Shown piece by piece: positions 36,817 to 45,520 of a DNA stretch of 64,000 nucleotides (its first letter is position 1; every line of letters starts with the position of its first letter). The DNA lies in the NCBI GenBank assembly GCA_934467415.1, contig CAKSLQ010000003.1, forward strand, positions 77,957 through 141,956, written 5' to 3'. This DNA comes from an uncultured Eubacteriales bacterium (GTDB lineage: Bacteria > Bacillota > Clostridia > Oscillospirales > CAG-272). The notes under the pieces are model-generated. The model saw only the letters and a list, made by a program, of their open reading frames with translations. It was not told the DNA's origin and ran no database searches. The translations under genes were made by a program, and so were the position numbers.

Positions 36817-37782
36817 TCACCGCAGGGCTATTTTTTCCTTGCGGACGTCCTCGCCGCAGAAGACGAGGGGGGTATATTCGCCGAACAGGCGGGAGGCGAT
36901 GCGCTCGCCGTAGCGGTCGGTCAGCTCTTTCGCCGACAGGTTGGTGCTCATGACGGTCGGCAGACCGCGCACGAGGCGCGTGTTGATGATGTCGTAGAGG
37001 CAGGCGGTGGTGAACGTGCCGCCGAGCTCTGTGCCGAGATCGTCGAGGATCAGCAGCTCGACCGTAAGATAGCGGTCGGTATCGTCCGCGCCGTCGTGAA
37101 ACCGTGCGTTTTCAAACGCGGAGAAGACATGCATCGCCGAGTCGTACAGCACGTCAAAGCCGCGGTCGATGACCGTCTTGGCGATCGCGCTGGACAGATG
37201 CGTCTTGCCGAGCCCCGTACCGCCGAGAAAGAGCAGCGACGGGCCGTTTTTCGGTGAAAAGTCCTGCGCGAAGCTTTGCGCCGCCTCGAAATTGTGCTTC
37301 ATGCGGGAGTAGGCCTCCGGGTCGCGCTTGTAGTAATCGAGCGAAAACGTGCCGAAGGACTGCGTGGCGATCAGCCGCGCGACGCCCGCCGACTCGTAAC
37401 CGCGCAGGGTGAGCGCCCGGCGGAAGCAGGCGCACATTTTTGTGCCGACAAAGCCGGTATCGCCGCAGGCGGTGCATTCGTAGTGCACATCGGCGTAGTC
37501 GGCGGGGTAACCGGCATTCTTCAAAAGCTCGACCATGGCCAGCCGCATGTCCACGGTCTCCTGCTTGATCTTGGCGATGCGTTCATCCAGTCCCTCGCGC
37601 CCCTCCAGCGCCGCGCCCATGATGCGGCTTGCCGTCGTGGCGAGTGCCGCGTCAAGCTCGGCGTAGCCGGGCAGCTTTCGCCGCAGCTCTTCCTTGCGGG
37701 CATCGGCCTTTTCGATGGCGCGGAGCGGCTTTTCGGCATACTCTTCGCGGAGCTTATAGTAATTCTCGTTGTTGTAGCTCAT
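36817..37782 (-). CDS. DnaC/DnaI-like helicase loader ATPase
   Basis: Zn-ribbon-like CTACGDTGF..CACF and Walker A GGTGLGKTHL. Paired with a DnaD-domain gene. Confidence 0.75.
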   Translation of the reverse strand: MSYNNENYYKLREEYAEKPLRAIEKADARKEELRRKLPGYAELDAALATTASRIMGAALEGREGLDERIAKIKQETVDMRLAMVELLKNAGYPADYADVHYECTACGDTGFVGTKMCACFRRALTLRGYESAGVARLIATQSFGTFSLDYYKRDPEAYSRMKHNFEAAQSFAQDFSPKNGPSLLFLGGTGLGKTHLSSAIAKTVIDRGFDVLYDSAMHVFSAFENARFHDGADDTDRYLTVELLILDDLGTELGGTFTTACLYDIINTRLVRGLPTVMSTNLSAKELTDRYGERIASRLFGEYTPLVFCGEDVRKEKIALR

Positions 37783-38774
37783 GATTTGCCCCCCGCCTCA
37801 CCGTAGGAACGGCGAATTGCTTTTTCAAAAAAGTCTTCGGTGTCAAAGCTCTGCGGCTGCTTGCCGCTCTTTGCGGCGGGCTTGGCCCGCTTTGCCCCCT
37901 TTGCAGCCTCGACGTCAGCGGGCGTCTTGTACCCCGCCTCATGCCAGGCGCGCAGGATGGAGGCGGCATAGGCGATCGAGGCCTTGCCGATCGTGTTGAC
38001 GGTCTTCTCGTAGGCGGCTCTGACCATGTCCTCGCCGTAGCCGAGGAGGCCGAACCAGCTGTCCACGGCGGCGCGCTCCTTCTCGGTCAGCGTGCGCTGT
38101 CCGAGGCCGAACAGGCGGCGGACGATGCCCTCGTGCGTCTCGCTTTCCTCGCGGCGGCGCAGCCATTCTTCCAGCGCCGCGGGGGTGGTGATCCCCTTGT
38201 CGCAGAGGTCGTAGGCGACCTTCTCGACGTAGCGGAGCGGCATCTCCTTTTTGCAGACGTAGTAGCCGATCAGATTGAGGATGAATTCGCCGGGCAGATG
38301 CAGCGAGGCGTAGAGCGAGGCGACGATGCCGATCTCGCTTTCGTTGAAGATCCAGCCCGCCGTCTGCTGTGCGGCGTGCAGCAGGCTCGAAAAGTCTGCG
38401 TTCTCTTTGGCCACGCGGCAGAGCTCCGCGCCGCTCAGCTGCATCGGCGCTTTGTTCCGCAGGGGCTTGTCCGCGGGGGCGGGAACGTCCGCCGCGGCCG
38501 CCGGCACAGCTGCGTCCGCCTTTTCCGCCGCGGGGCGGCGGGATACGCCGAGCAGCCCCGCGCCGCGCCAGAACTTGACCGAGGAGCGCACCTCGCTCTC
38601 GGTGAGCGCGAGCGCTTCGGCGGCGTCCTTCGGCTCGAAATCTTCGCCGTCCGCGTCGCGGAGCGCGGCGTAGATCAGCACGCGCAGGTCGGCGGCGTCC
38701 GCGTCGGCCAGCAGAGGCTCGACGGCGCGCGGGAGGATGGGATTATTCTGTTTTCCGTCGATCTTCAGCTTCAT
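37779..38774 (-). CDS. DnaD/DnaB_2-domain replication initiation/restart protein
   Basis: C-terminal ..IAYAASILRAWHEAGYKTPADVE.. is typical of the DnaD domain. 4-nt overlap with the loader gene. Confidence 0.65.
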   Translation of the reverse strand: MKLKIDGKQNNPILPRAVEPLLADADAADLRVLIYAALRDADGEDFEPKDAAEALALTESEVRSSVKFWRGAGLLGVSRRPAAEKADAAVPAAAADVPAPADKPLRNKAPMQLSGAELCRVAKENADFSSLLHAAQQTAGWIFNESEIGIVASLYASLHLPGEFILNLIGYYVCKKEMPLRYVEKVAYDLCDKGITTPAALEEWLRRREESETHEGIVRRLFGLGQRTLTEKERAAVDSWFGLLGYGEDMVRAAYEKTVNTIGKASIAYAASILRAWHEAGYKTPADVEAAKGAKRAKPAAKSGKQPQSFDTEDFFEKAIRRSYGEAGGKS

Positions 38775-38795
38775 TTTGCCTTTGCCCCCGGAGGT

Positions 38796-39479
38796 CTATT
38801 CTTCGTCTTCGTCCTTGGACGCGCCTGCGCGCATCTTGTAGGTCAGCTGCATCAGCGAGTCGCCGATGTGAACGTTCTGCACGGCGGTGTTCGTGTGTGC
38901 GAGGTCAAGCTCCACATTGGTGAAGTTGAGGATGCCCTTGACGCCGAGCGCCGCCAGCTTTTCCGCCGTTTCCTTGGCGTAGGTGCGCGGCAGGGTCAGG
39001 ACGGCGAGGTCCACGTCGTTCTGGCGCACATATTCGGCCAGGCGATCCACATGGTACACGCGCAGCACGCCGTATTCCGCGCCGACGATGGCGGGCGAAA
39101 CGTCAAACAGCGCCGTCAGCGTGATGCCGCGCTTGTGAAACATCGGGCTGCCGACCAGCGCAAGGCCGAGGTGACCCGCGCCGATGATGATCGCGCGATA
39201 GCCCTCGTCCACGCCGAGAATTTCGCTGATCTTGCTGTAGAGGTACTTCACGTTGTAGCCGTATCCCTGCTGGCCGAAGCCGCCGAAGCAGTTGAGGTCC
39301 TGCCGAATCTGCGAGGCGGTGACGTTCATCATCTTGGACAGCTCCCCCGAGCTGATGCGCATACGTCCCGCCTCTTTCAGCTCGCGCAGATACCGGAAAT
39401 AGCGCGGCAGACGCTTGATGACGGCGGGGGAAATGCGGTAGCCCGCGGATCTAACCTTATCCTGATTGATTTCTTCCAT
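38796..39479 (-). CDS. rex: redox-sensing transcriptional repressor Rex
   Basis: ..VIKRLPRYFRYLREL..SQIRQDLNCFGGFGQQGYGYNV.., then Rossmann IIGAGHLG. Confidence 0.9.
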   Translation of the reverse strand: MEEINQDKVRSAGYRISPAVIKRLPRYFRYLRELKEAGRMRISSGELSKMMNVTASQIRQDLNCFGGFGQQGYGYNVKYLYSKISEILGVDEGYRAIIIGAGHLGLALVGSPMFHKRGITLTALFDVSPAIVGAEYGVLRVYHVDRLAEYVRQNDVDLAVLTLPRTYAKETAEKLAALGVKGILNFTNVELDLAHTNTAVQNVHIGDSLMQLTYKMRAGASKDEDEE

Positions 39480-39508
39480 GATTTCAGCCCTTTCGAGAAA
39501 GTTACGCC

Positions 39509-40510
39509 TCAGACGGCAGAGGCGTTGAGGTCGGAAGCGGCGCGTGCGCCGCATTTGTATTCATAGTAGCCCTGGAGCGCGACCATCGCCGCGTTGTCGC
39601 CGCACAGGTTCAGCGGCGGCAGACAGAGGCGCGCCCCATGCTTTTTGCAGACCTTGTCCGCGGCGGCGCGCAGGTGCGAGTTGGCGGAGACGCCGCCCGC
39701 CACGACCACGGTGGAAAGCCCGGTCGCGTCCAGCGCCATGCCGAGCTTTTTGGCAAAGCCGTCGGCAACGGTGGCGGTGAAGGAGGCGGCAAGGTCGGCG
39801 CGGTCCACTTCTTCGCCGCGTGCCTCGGCGTTGTGGATGAGGTTGAGCGCGGCGGTCTTGAGCCCCGAGAACGAGAAGTCCAGCGTATCGCCCGCGAGCG
39901 CGGGAGAGGGCAGCTTGTAGGCGTGCGGATCGCCCTCGCAGGCGAGGCGGTCCATCGCCGCGCCGCCGGGGTAGGGCATCCCGATCACGCGCCCGATCTT
40001 GTCAAAGGCTTCACCCGCCGCGTCGTCGCGGGTCGAGCCGATCTCGTGGAAGGACGCATAGCCGCCCACGATGTAAAACGAGGTGTGCCCGCCCGAGAGC
40101 ACTACGCCGAGAAAGGGCGGCGCAAGGTCGGGGTAGGCCGCATAGGCGGCGGCGATGTGCGCGCGCACATGATCCACGCCGACGAGCGGAATGCCGTTTG
40201 CCACGGCGAGTGACTTTGCAAAGTTGACGCCGACGAGCAGCGCGCCGATGAGGCCCGGATGGGAGGTGACGGCCACCAGCCCGACGTCGCCGAGCGTGAT
40301 CTTCGCTTCGTCGAGCGCCTCGTGCGTGATGCGCGTGACCGCCTCGATGTGGGCACGCCCCGCGATCTCGGGGACGACGCCGCCGTAGAGGCGATGAATG
40401 TCGATCTGCGACGCCACAATGTCGGCGGCGATGCGGCGGCCGTTGTCGTCCGCCTCGACCACCGCTGCGCTGGTCTCGTCGCAGGAGCTTTCGATTCCTA
40501 AAATGTACAT
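39509..40510 (-). CDS. tsaD: tRNA N6-adenosine threonylcarbamoyltransferase TsaD
   Basis: MYILGIESSCDETSAAVV.. Length is 334 codons. The long upstream extension in the ORF track (to 41344) is rejected. Confidence 0.95.
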   Translation of the reverse strand: MYILGIESSCDETSAAVVEADDNGRRIAADIVASQIDIHRLYGGVVPEIAGRAHIEAVTRITHEALDEAKITLGDVGLVAVTSHPGLIGALLVGVNFAKSLAVANGIPLVGVDHVRAHIAAAYAAYPDLAPPFLGVVLSGGHTSFYIVGGYASFHEIGSTRDDAAGEAFDKIGRVIGMPYPGGAAMDRLACEGDPHAYKLPSPALAGDTLDFSFSGLKTAALNLIHNAEARGEEVDRADLAASFTATVADGFAKKLGMALDATGLSTVVVAGGVSANSHLRAAADKVCKKHGARLCLPPLNLCGDNAAMVALQGYYEYKCGARAASDLNASAV

Positions 40511-40563
40511 AGTGTTCCCTGTGAAAGAAATTTTTGCTTCGGATTGCCGTCCGGCATGCCCGG

Positions 40564-41010
40564 TCAGCCGCTTTCGGCTGCCGCGTCCCGGCGGCAGAGC
40601 ACCGCGTCCTCGCGGGGGCTTTCGTAGTAGTTTTTGCGTATGCCGCATTCGGAAAAGCCGAGCGCGGCGTAGAGCGCGCGGGCGGGGGCATTGCTCCGCC
40701 GCACCTCGAGGTAGACCGTGCCGCCGACCTTGCCGAGCAGGGCGCGCACCAGTGCGCGTCCCGCGCCGCACCCGCGCAGGGCGGGCGGGACGGCGACCGT
40801 TATGATGTCGGTCTCGTCCAGCACGGTGCAGGCGGCGATGTAGCCTGAAAAAGCGCCGTCCGCCTCGGCGACAAGCAGCGTGCGCGCGGGGTCGGTCAGC
40901 ATGTCCGCAAAGTCCTCCGCACGCCACGGGCGGGAGAAGCAGAGCGCCTCCAGCGCCGCCACGGCGGGGATGTCGGCCGCGCAGGCCGCGCGCACCGTCA
41001 CCGCCGTCAT
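40564..41010 (-). CDS. rimI: ribosomal-protein-alanine N-acetyltransferase (GNAT)
   Basis: GNAT fold (..RGCGAGRALVRALL..), adjacent to tsaD. Confidence 0.75.
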   Translation of the reverse strand: MTAVTVRAACAADIPAVAALEALCFSRPWRAEDFADMLTDPARTLLVAEADGAFSGYIAACTVLDETDIITVAVPPALRGCGAGRALVRALLGKVGGTVYLEVRRSNAPARALYAALGFSECGIRKNYYESPREDAVLCRRDAAAESG

Positions 41011-41507
41011 ACGCCGCCCTCCGCAAACAGCATCGGAAAGGCGTCCGCCATCGCGCGGCGGATGTCGGCAAGGCAGGCCCGGTAGCAGGCGAGGTCGCCG
41101 CCGTGCGGGTTCGGGATCTCGCCGAGCACGCGGATCTGCGAGGCATGCTCGGGATAGGCGCCGAGCAGCGCCTCGGCGTGGGCGGCCGACAGGCAGAACA
41201 CGCCGTCGCAGCGGTCAAAATCCGCCGCGGTGAACCGCACGGAGCGGTGGCTGCGGTAGTCGTTGCGCCCCCGGCTCTCGATGCCCGCTTCTTCCAGCGC
41301 CCGCGCCGCGTTCTCGCTGATAGGCGAGCCGTCTTTGGCCGCAATGCCGCGGCTGAATGCGAGGTAACCGCGTCCCGCGCCGGCGGCGGTCAGCAGAGCC
41401 GCCGCCATCGGTGAGCGGCAGGTGTTGCCGGTGCAGACAAAGCAGTAGACGCGGATATCCTTCGTGCGGATGTCCTTGACGGCAAATTTCGGTGCAGCCG
41501 TCTGCAT
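41007..41507 (-). CDS. low-molecular-weight protein tyrosine/arginine phosphatase
   Basis: P-loop VCTGNTCRSPMA. Confidence 0.8.
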   Translation of the reverse strand: MQTAAPKFAVKDIRTKDIRVYCFVCTGNTCRSPMAAALLTAAGAGRGYLAFSRGIAAKDGSPISENAARALEEAGIESRGRNDYRSHRSVRFTAADFDRCDGVFCLSAAHAEALLGAYPEHASQIRVLGEIPNPHGGDLACYRACLADIRRAMADAFPMLFAEGGV

Positions 41508-41508
41508 G

Positions 41509-42000
41509 TCAATAGCCGAGCGCCGTGCCGAGGCTGTCGTCGTTCTCCAGCCAGTCCTCCACGGCGATCTTGCGGTAGGTATCCTTCGTGTCGCGGATGA
41601 CGACCCATTCGATGCCCGCGTTGATAATCATGCGCTTGCACATCATGCAGTTGGACGTGTCCGGCATGACGGCGCCGTCGTGCGGCGAGGTGCAGCACAT
41701 ATAGAGCGTCGCGCCGAGCATCTCGGTGCGGGGTGCGGCGATGATGGCGTTGGCCTCGGAATGCACCGAGCGGCAGAGCTCATAGCGTTCGCCGCGCGGG
41801 ATGTTCATCTCCTCACGCTTGCAGGACGCGAGGTCGCTGCAATTTTTGCGCCCGCGGGGCGCGCCGTTGTAGCCGGTGGCGACGATGCTGTCGTTTTTCA
41901 CGATGATCGAGCCGAAGCGGCGGCGCAGACAGGTGCTGCGCTCCGAGACGATCTCGGCAATGTCAAGATAGTAGTTTTCTTTCGATACTCTGTCCATCAC
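41509..42000 (-). CDS. deoxycytidylate (dCMP) deaminase
   Basis: HSEANAI .. PCMMCKRMI zinc-binding motifs. Confidence 0.85.
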   Translation of the reverse strand: MMDRVSKENYYLDIAEIVSERSTCLRRRFGSIIVKNDSIVATGYNGAPRGRKNCSDLASCKREEMNIPRGERYELCRSVHSEANAIIAAPRTEMLGATLYMCCTSPHDGAVMPDTSNCMMCKRMIINAGIEWVVIRDTKDTYRKIAVEDWLENDDSLGTALGY

Positions 42001-42012
42001 GGCATCCTTTCT

Positions 42013-42885
42013 TCAGAAGCGGTAGTTTTTCACAAATTCGGCAAATGCCGCCGCCGTCTCCGGGTGCTCGAGCGCCTTGACGAAATTCGCCTCGGCGAAG
42101 CCGAGCTTCGACCCGATGTCGTAGCGGTCGCCCTCGAAAATCTTCGCGGTCACGCCGTGCGCGCGGGCATAGGCCGCCATCGCGTCGGTCAGCTGCACCT
42201 CGCCGCCCGCGCCGGGCGCGGTGTGTTCGAGAATCGTGAAGATCTCGGGCGTGAGCAGGACGCGGCCGAGGATTGCCAGATTGGAGAATTCCTCGCCCGG
42301 CTTCGGCTTTTCAATCATGTCGTCCACAAAAAATTCGGTGTCCGAGCCCTCGATGGGCGCGGCCTTCATCGAGCAGTATTTGGAGAGCAGCTCGTGCGGC
42401 ACCTCCTTGACGCCGACGGCGGCGCGGCCGTAGGCCTCGTAGGTGTCCATCAGCTGGCGGGTGACCGGCTTTTCGCTGAAAATGATGTCGTCGCCGTACA
42501 GCACGGCAAACGGCTCGTCGCCGATGAAGTTCTTCGCGCGCAGCACGGCGTGGCCGAGCCCGCGCGGCTCCTTCTGCCGCAGAAAATAGACGTTGGCAAG
42601 GTCGCACGCCGCGCGGAGCGCATCGCGGTCGGCCTCGCGCCCCTTCTTTGCAAGGGCGGCGTCATATTCGGGCGAGTAGTCGAAAAAGTCCTCCATCGGG
42701 GCCTTGTCGCGCCCCGTGATGATGAGCACGTCGGTGATGCCGCTGTCGGCGGCCTCCTTGACCAGATAATAGATGGCGGGATAGTCCATGATGGGGAGCA
42801 TTTCCTTGGGGACGGCACGGGAGATCGGCAGCATGCGCGTGCCGAGACCTGCCGCGGGGATGATCGCTTTTGTGACCTTTTTCAT
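42013..42885 (-). CDS. galU: UTP--glucose-1-phosphate uridylyltransferase
   Basis: MKKVTKAIIPAAGLGTRMLPISRAVPKEMLPI.. Confidence 0.9.
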   Translation of the reverse strand: MKKVTKAIIPAAGLGTRMLPISRAVPKEMLPIMDYPAIYYLVKEAADSGITDVLIITGRDKAPMEDFFDYSPEYDAALAKKGREADRDALRAACDLANVYFLRQKEPRGLGHAVLRAKNFIGDEPFAVLYGDDIIFSEKPVTRQLMDTYEAYGRAAVGVKEVPHELLSKYCSMKAAPIEGSDTEFFVDDMIEKPKPGEEFSNLAILGRVLLTPEIFTILEHTAPGAGGEVQLTDAMAAYARAHGVTAKIFEGDRYDIGSKLGFAEANFVKALEHPETAAAFAEFVKNYRF

Positions 42886-43013
42886 TCGTTCCTCCGTTTG
42901 GGGCTCGCGCCCGTGGGCAGACGAACCCAAGATACATTAACAAGACCATTATAGTACAAGATTGTGAAAAAAGCAACGTTTTTGCGGCTTTTCCTCTTAT
43001 TTAATGAAATATA

Positions 43014-43042
43014 TTGAATCATCCGCGCCGTTGTGGTACAAT
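43014..43042 (+). promoter_or_regulatory. sigma-A type promoter upstream of rbfA
   Basis: TTGAAT, 17-nt spacer, TACAAT (preceded by TGG). Confidence 0.5.
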
Positions 43043-43090
43043 ATTGGGAAGAACAAGACGCGGGAATTTCCCGCGAGATAGAGGTAACAC

Positions 43091-43453
43091 ATGGCAAATT
43101 ACAGAAGAGGACGCATCAACGACGAGATGCAGAAGGAACTGTCGGCGCTGCTGCGCGAGATCAAGGATCCGCGCGTTTCGGGCGCGATGGTCAGCATCAC
43201 GGCGGCGCAGGTCACGCCGGATATGAAGTATGCCACCGTGTATTTTTCGGTTCTCGGCGGCGACCCGAAGGAGACGAAAAAGGGGCTGGACAGCGCGAAG
43301 GGCTTCATCCGCCGCGAGATCGCGGCGCGGCTCAATCTGCGCAATACGCCCGAGTTCAACTTTGTGTTTGACGATTCCATCCGCTACGGCGCGCATATCT
43401 CCAAGCTGATCGAGGATATCAAAACGGCGGACGGCGGAAAGGAAAACAAATGA
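43091..43453 (+). CDS. rbfA: ribosome-binding factor A
   Basis: MANYRRGRINDEMQKELSALLREIKDPRV.. Confidence 0.9.
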   Translation: MANYRRGRINDEMQKELSALLREIKDPRVSGAMVSITAAQVTPDMKYATVYFSVLGGDPKETKKGLDSAKGFIRREIAARLNLRNTPEFNFVFDDSIRYGAHISKLIEDIKTADGGKENK

Positions 43454-44415
43454 GCGTGGACATTTCCGCCCTGCGCGCCGCGCTTGACGATGTGCGGGAT
43501 GCCCTCATCGTGGGGCACAGTCACCCGGATGGGGACTGCGCGGGCAGCGCGGCGTCGCTTGCCGCCTATCTTGCGGCAGACGGAGCGCGTGCGCGCGTGC
43601 TGTTTCCCGAGCCGCTGCCGCTGCGCCTGCGCTTTCTCTGCGACGGCGTTGAGCTGCTCGAGACCCTGCCGGACGATCTCGACGGCGTGACCGTGATCTG
43701 CACGGACGTTGCGTCGGCGGTGCAGCTCGGCAGTCTGCGCGAGGCGCTGGAGGGGCGGGTGGCGATCCGCATTGACCATCACGGGGTCGGCGCGTCCTAT
43801 GCGGCACGCGAATTTGTCGATCCCGCCGCGGCGGCGACCGGCGAGATCCTGTTTGACCTGTATACCGAGACCGGGCTTTCCCGCCTGCCGATGACGGCAA
43901 AGGCGGCGGTCTTCGGCGCGATCGCGTCGGACACCGGCTGCTTCAAGTATGCCAATGTCACGCCGTCCACGCATCTGCGCGCGGCGGCGCTGCTTGCCGC
44001 AGGCGTGGACGGCGCGCGGGTGAATCGGCTGCTGTTTGACACCAAGGACAGGACGCAGATCCGCGCCGAGGGTCTGGCACAGAGCCGCCTGCGGCTCTTT
44101 GACGGCGGGCGTGTGGCGGCGATCGTGATCGAAAACGCCGATTACACGGACGGCCTTGCCATGTCGGACTTTGAGACGGCGGTGGACATCGCGCGCAGTG
44201 TGCGCGGCGTGCAGATCGCGATCGTCATCAAGGGGGCGCCGAAGGCGGGCGTCTATCGCGTGTCTCTGCGCGGCAATGAAGGCACCCCGGTCAGCGGCAT
44301 TGCCGCCGCGTTCGGCGGCGGCGGGCATCTCCTGGCCGCGGGCTGCACCGTTGAGGCGGAAAGCGGCGAAGCTGCCTTGCAGATGCTGCTGGATGAAGTT
44401 GAAAAAGAGAAGTGA
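43450..44415 (+). CDS. DHH-family phosphoesterase (NrnA-like oligoribonuclease/pAp phosphatase)
   Basis: GHSHPDGDCAGS DHH motif and C-terminal DHHA1 GGGGH. Conserved position after rbfA. Confidence 0.8.
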   Translation: MSVDISALRAALDDVRDALIVGHSHPDGDCAGSAASLAAYLAADGARARVLFPEPLPLRLRFLCDGVELLETLPDDLDGVTVICTDVASAVQLGSLREALEGRVAIRIDHHGVGASYAAREFVDPAAAATGEILFDLYTETGLSRLPMTAKAAVFGAIASDTGCFKYANVTPSTHLRAAALLAAGVDGARVNRLLFDTKDRTQIRAEGLAQSRLRLFDGGRVAAIVIENADYTDGLAMSDFETAVDIARSVRGVQIAIVIKGAPKAGVYRVSLRGNEGTPVSGIAAAFGGGGHLLAAGCTVEAESGEAALQMLLDEVEKEK

Positions 44416-44446
44416 AAAAGGAACGGCGAAAGCCGTTCCTTTTTTC
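44415..44446 (+). terminator. rho-independent terminator
   Basis: AAAGGAACGGC-GAAA-GCCGTTCCTTT followed by a T-tract. Confidence 0.85.
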
Positions 44447-44639
44447 AAGGCCGGGGAGAATGTCGGTCGTTTGGCGAGCGTTGGCACGGCACGATGCCGC
44501 GCTTCTTAGGCTTCCCCGGCGGGGAAGGCTTTAGCGGCGGGAGACAGATGTTGCCCTACAGATTTGAGCGTTTTCCGTACATTCCGACGCGCGCATTTCG
44601 CCCTCGGTTCTGAACCCGCACGGGTTCTTTTTTCTTTGC

Positions 44640-45449
44640 CTATTCCGCAATGCCGAAGACGCGGCGGGCGTTGTCGGCGAGGATGGCTTTGTTCTCTGCC
44701 GGGGTCAGCCCGAGCGAGAAGAAGGACGCAAGCTCGCCCTCCGGCGTCCAGAGCGGGTAATCCGTGCCGAACAGGACGCGCGCGGCGCCGTAGCGGCGGA
44801 TGATCTCGACGACGGTCTCGTGCGGCAGGTAGGGCAGGGTGGACGAGCAGTCCACCGTGAGGTTTTCAATGTCGCAGAGCTTGCGGCCGGCCTCCTCCCA
44901 CATCGTGTAGCCGCCCATGTGCGCGGCAATCAGCTTCAGCCCGGTGTAGATGCGCAGGATCGGGACGAGGCGGTTCGGGTTGGAGTAGTCGTAGCGGCTG
45001 TCGCCGGTGTGCATGAGGATCGGCAGCCCGTCCGCCTCGCACATCTCGTAGATTTTGAGGCAGCGGAAATCGTCGATCTTGAAGCCCTGAATGTCGGGGT
45101 GCAGCTTGACACCGTGCAGGCCCAGCTCCCGCAGATGATGGTAGTCACCGACAAGGTCGGGACTGTCGGGGTAGAGCGTGCCGAGGCCGAAGAAGCGGCC
45201 GCCCGCCGCAGCGACCTCGGCGGCGATAAACTCGTTGATGTCCCGCACCTGATGCGCCGAGGTGGCGACCGATTCCACGATGAAGCGGTCGATGCCGCAG
45301 GCGTCTGCGCGGCGGAGCAGTTCTTCCGCCGTGCCGCCGCAGGCGGATTTGGTTCGGTAAAATGTGCCGATGCCCGCCGCGGCGCGTGCGGCGATCTTCG
45401 CGGGGTAGATGTGGCAGTGTGCGTCTATGATAAAGTATCCGTTGTTCAT
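44640..45449 (-). CDS. amidohydrolase-2 family metal-dependent hydrolase (TIM barrel)
   Basis: IIDAHCHIYP.. and later H/D metal ligands. Family-level call only. Confidence 0.65.
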   Translation of the reverse strand: MNNGYFIIDAHCHIYPAKIAARAAAGIGTFYRTKSACGGTAEELLRRADACGIDRFIVESVATSAHQVRDINEFIAAEVAAAGGRFFGLGTLYPDSPDLVGDYHHLRELGLHGVKLHPDIQGFKIDDFRCLKIYEMCEADGLPILMHTGDSRYDYSNPNRLVPILRIYTGLKLIAAHMGGYTMWEEAGRKLCDIENLTVDCSSTLPYLPHETVVEIIRRYGAARVLFGTDYPLWTPEGELASFFSLGLTPAENKAILADNARRVFGIAE

Positions 45450-45465
45450 GATGTTTCCTGAAAAT

Positions 45466-45501
45466 CAAAATAGTTCCGTGCGGCTGCACGGAACTATTTT
45501 A
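45466..45501 (-). terminator. rho-independent terminator after the ATPase gene (A/T tracts on both sides)
   Basis: 14-bp stem AAATAGTTCCGTGC / GCACGGAACTATTT. Confidence 0.8.
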
Positions 45502-45520
45502 GCGCCGATTATTTCCCGCG

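Noticed and set aside
36817-38774. The DnaC-like/DnaD-like pair as a prophage or plasmid remnant.
   Set aside because: No integrase, capsid or other phage genes are nearby. The pair is flanked by and co-directional with housekeeping genes (rex, tsaD, nadE). It matches the chromosomal dnaB/dnaI-type helicase-loading pair of Firmicutes.
44447-44639. A possible small RNA between two terminator-like hairpins (44415-44446 and GAACCCG-CAC-GGGTTC plus T6 at about 44611-44632).
   Set aside because: No promoter is recognisable. The second hairpin can equally be the (bidirectional) terminator of the convergent amidohydrolase gene. The region also contains a solo A-type hairpin (about 44508-44530) of the repeat family. 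The evidence is insufficient.
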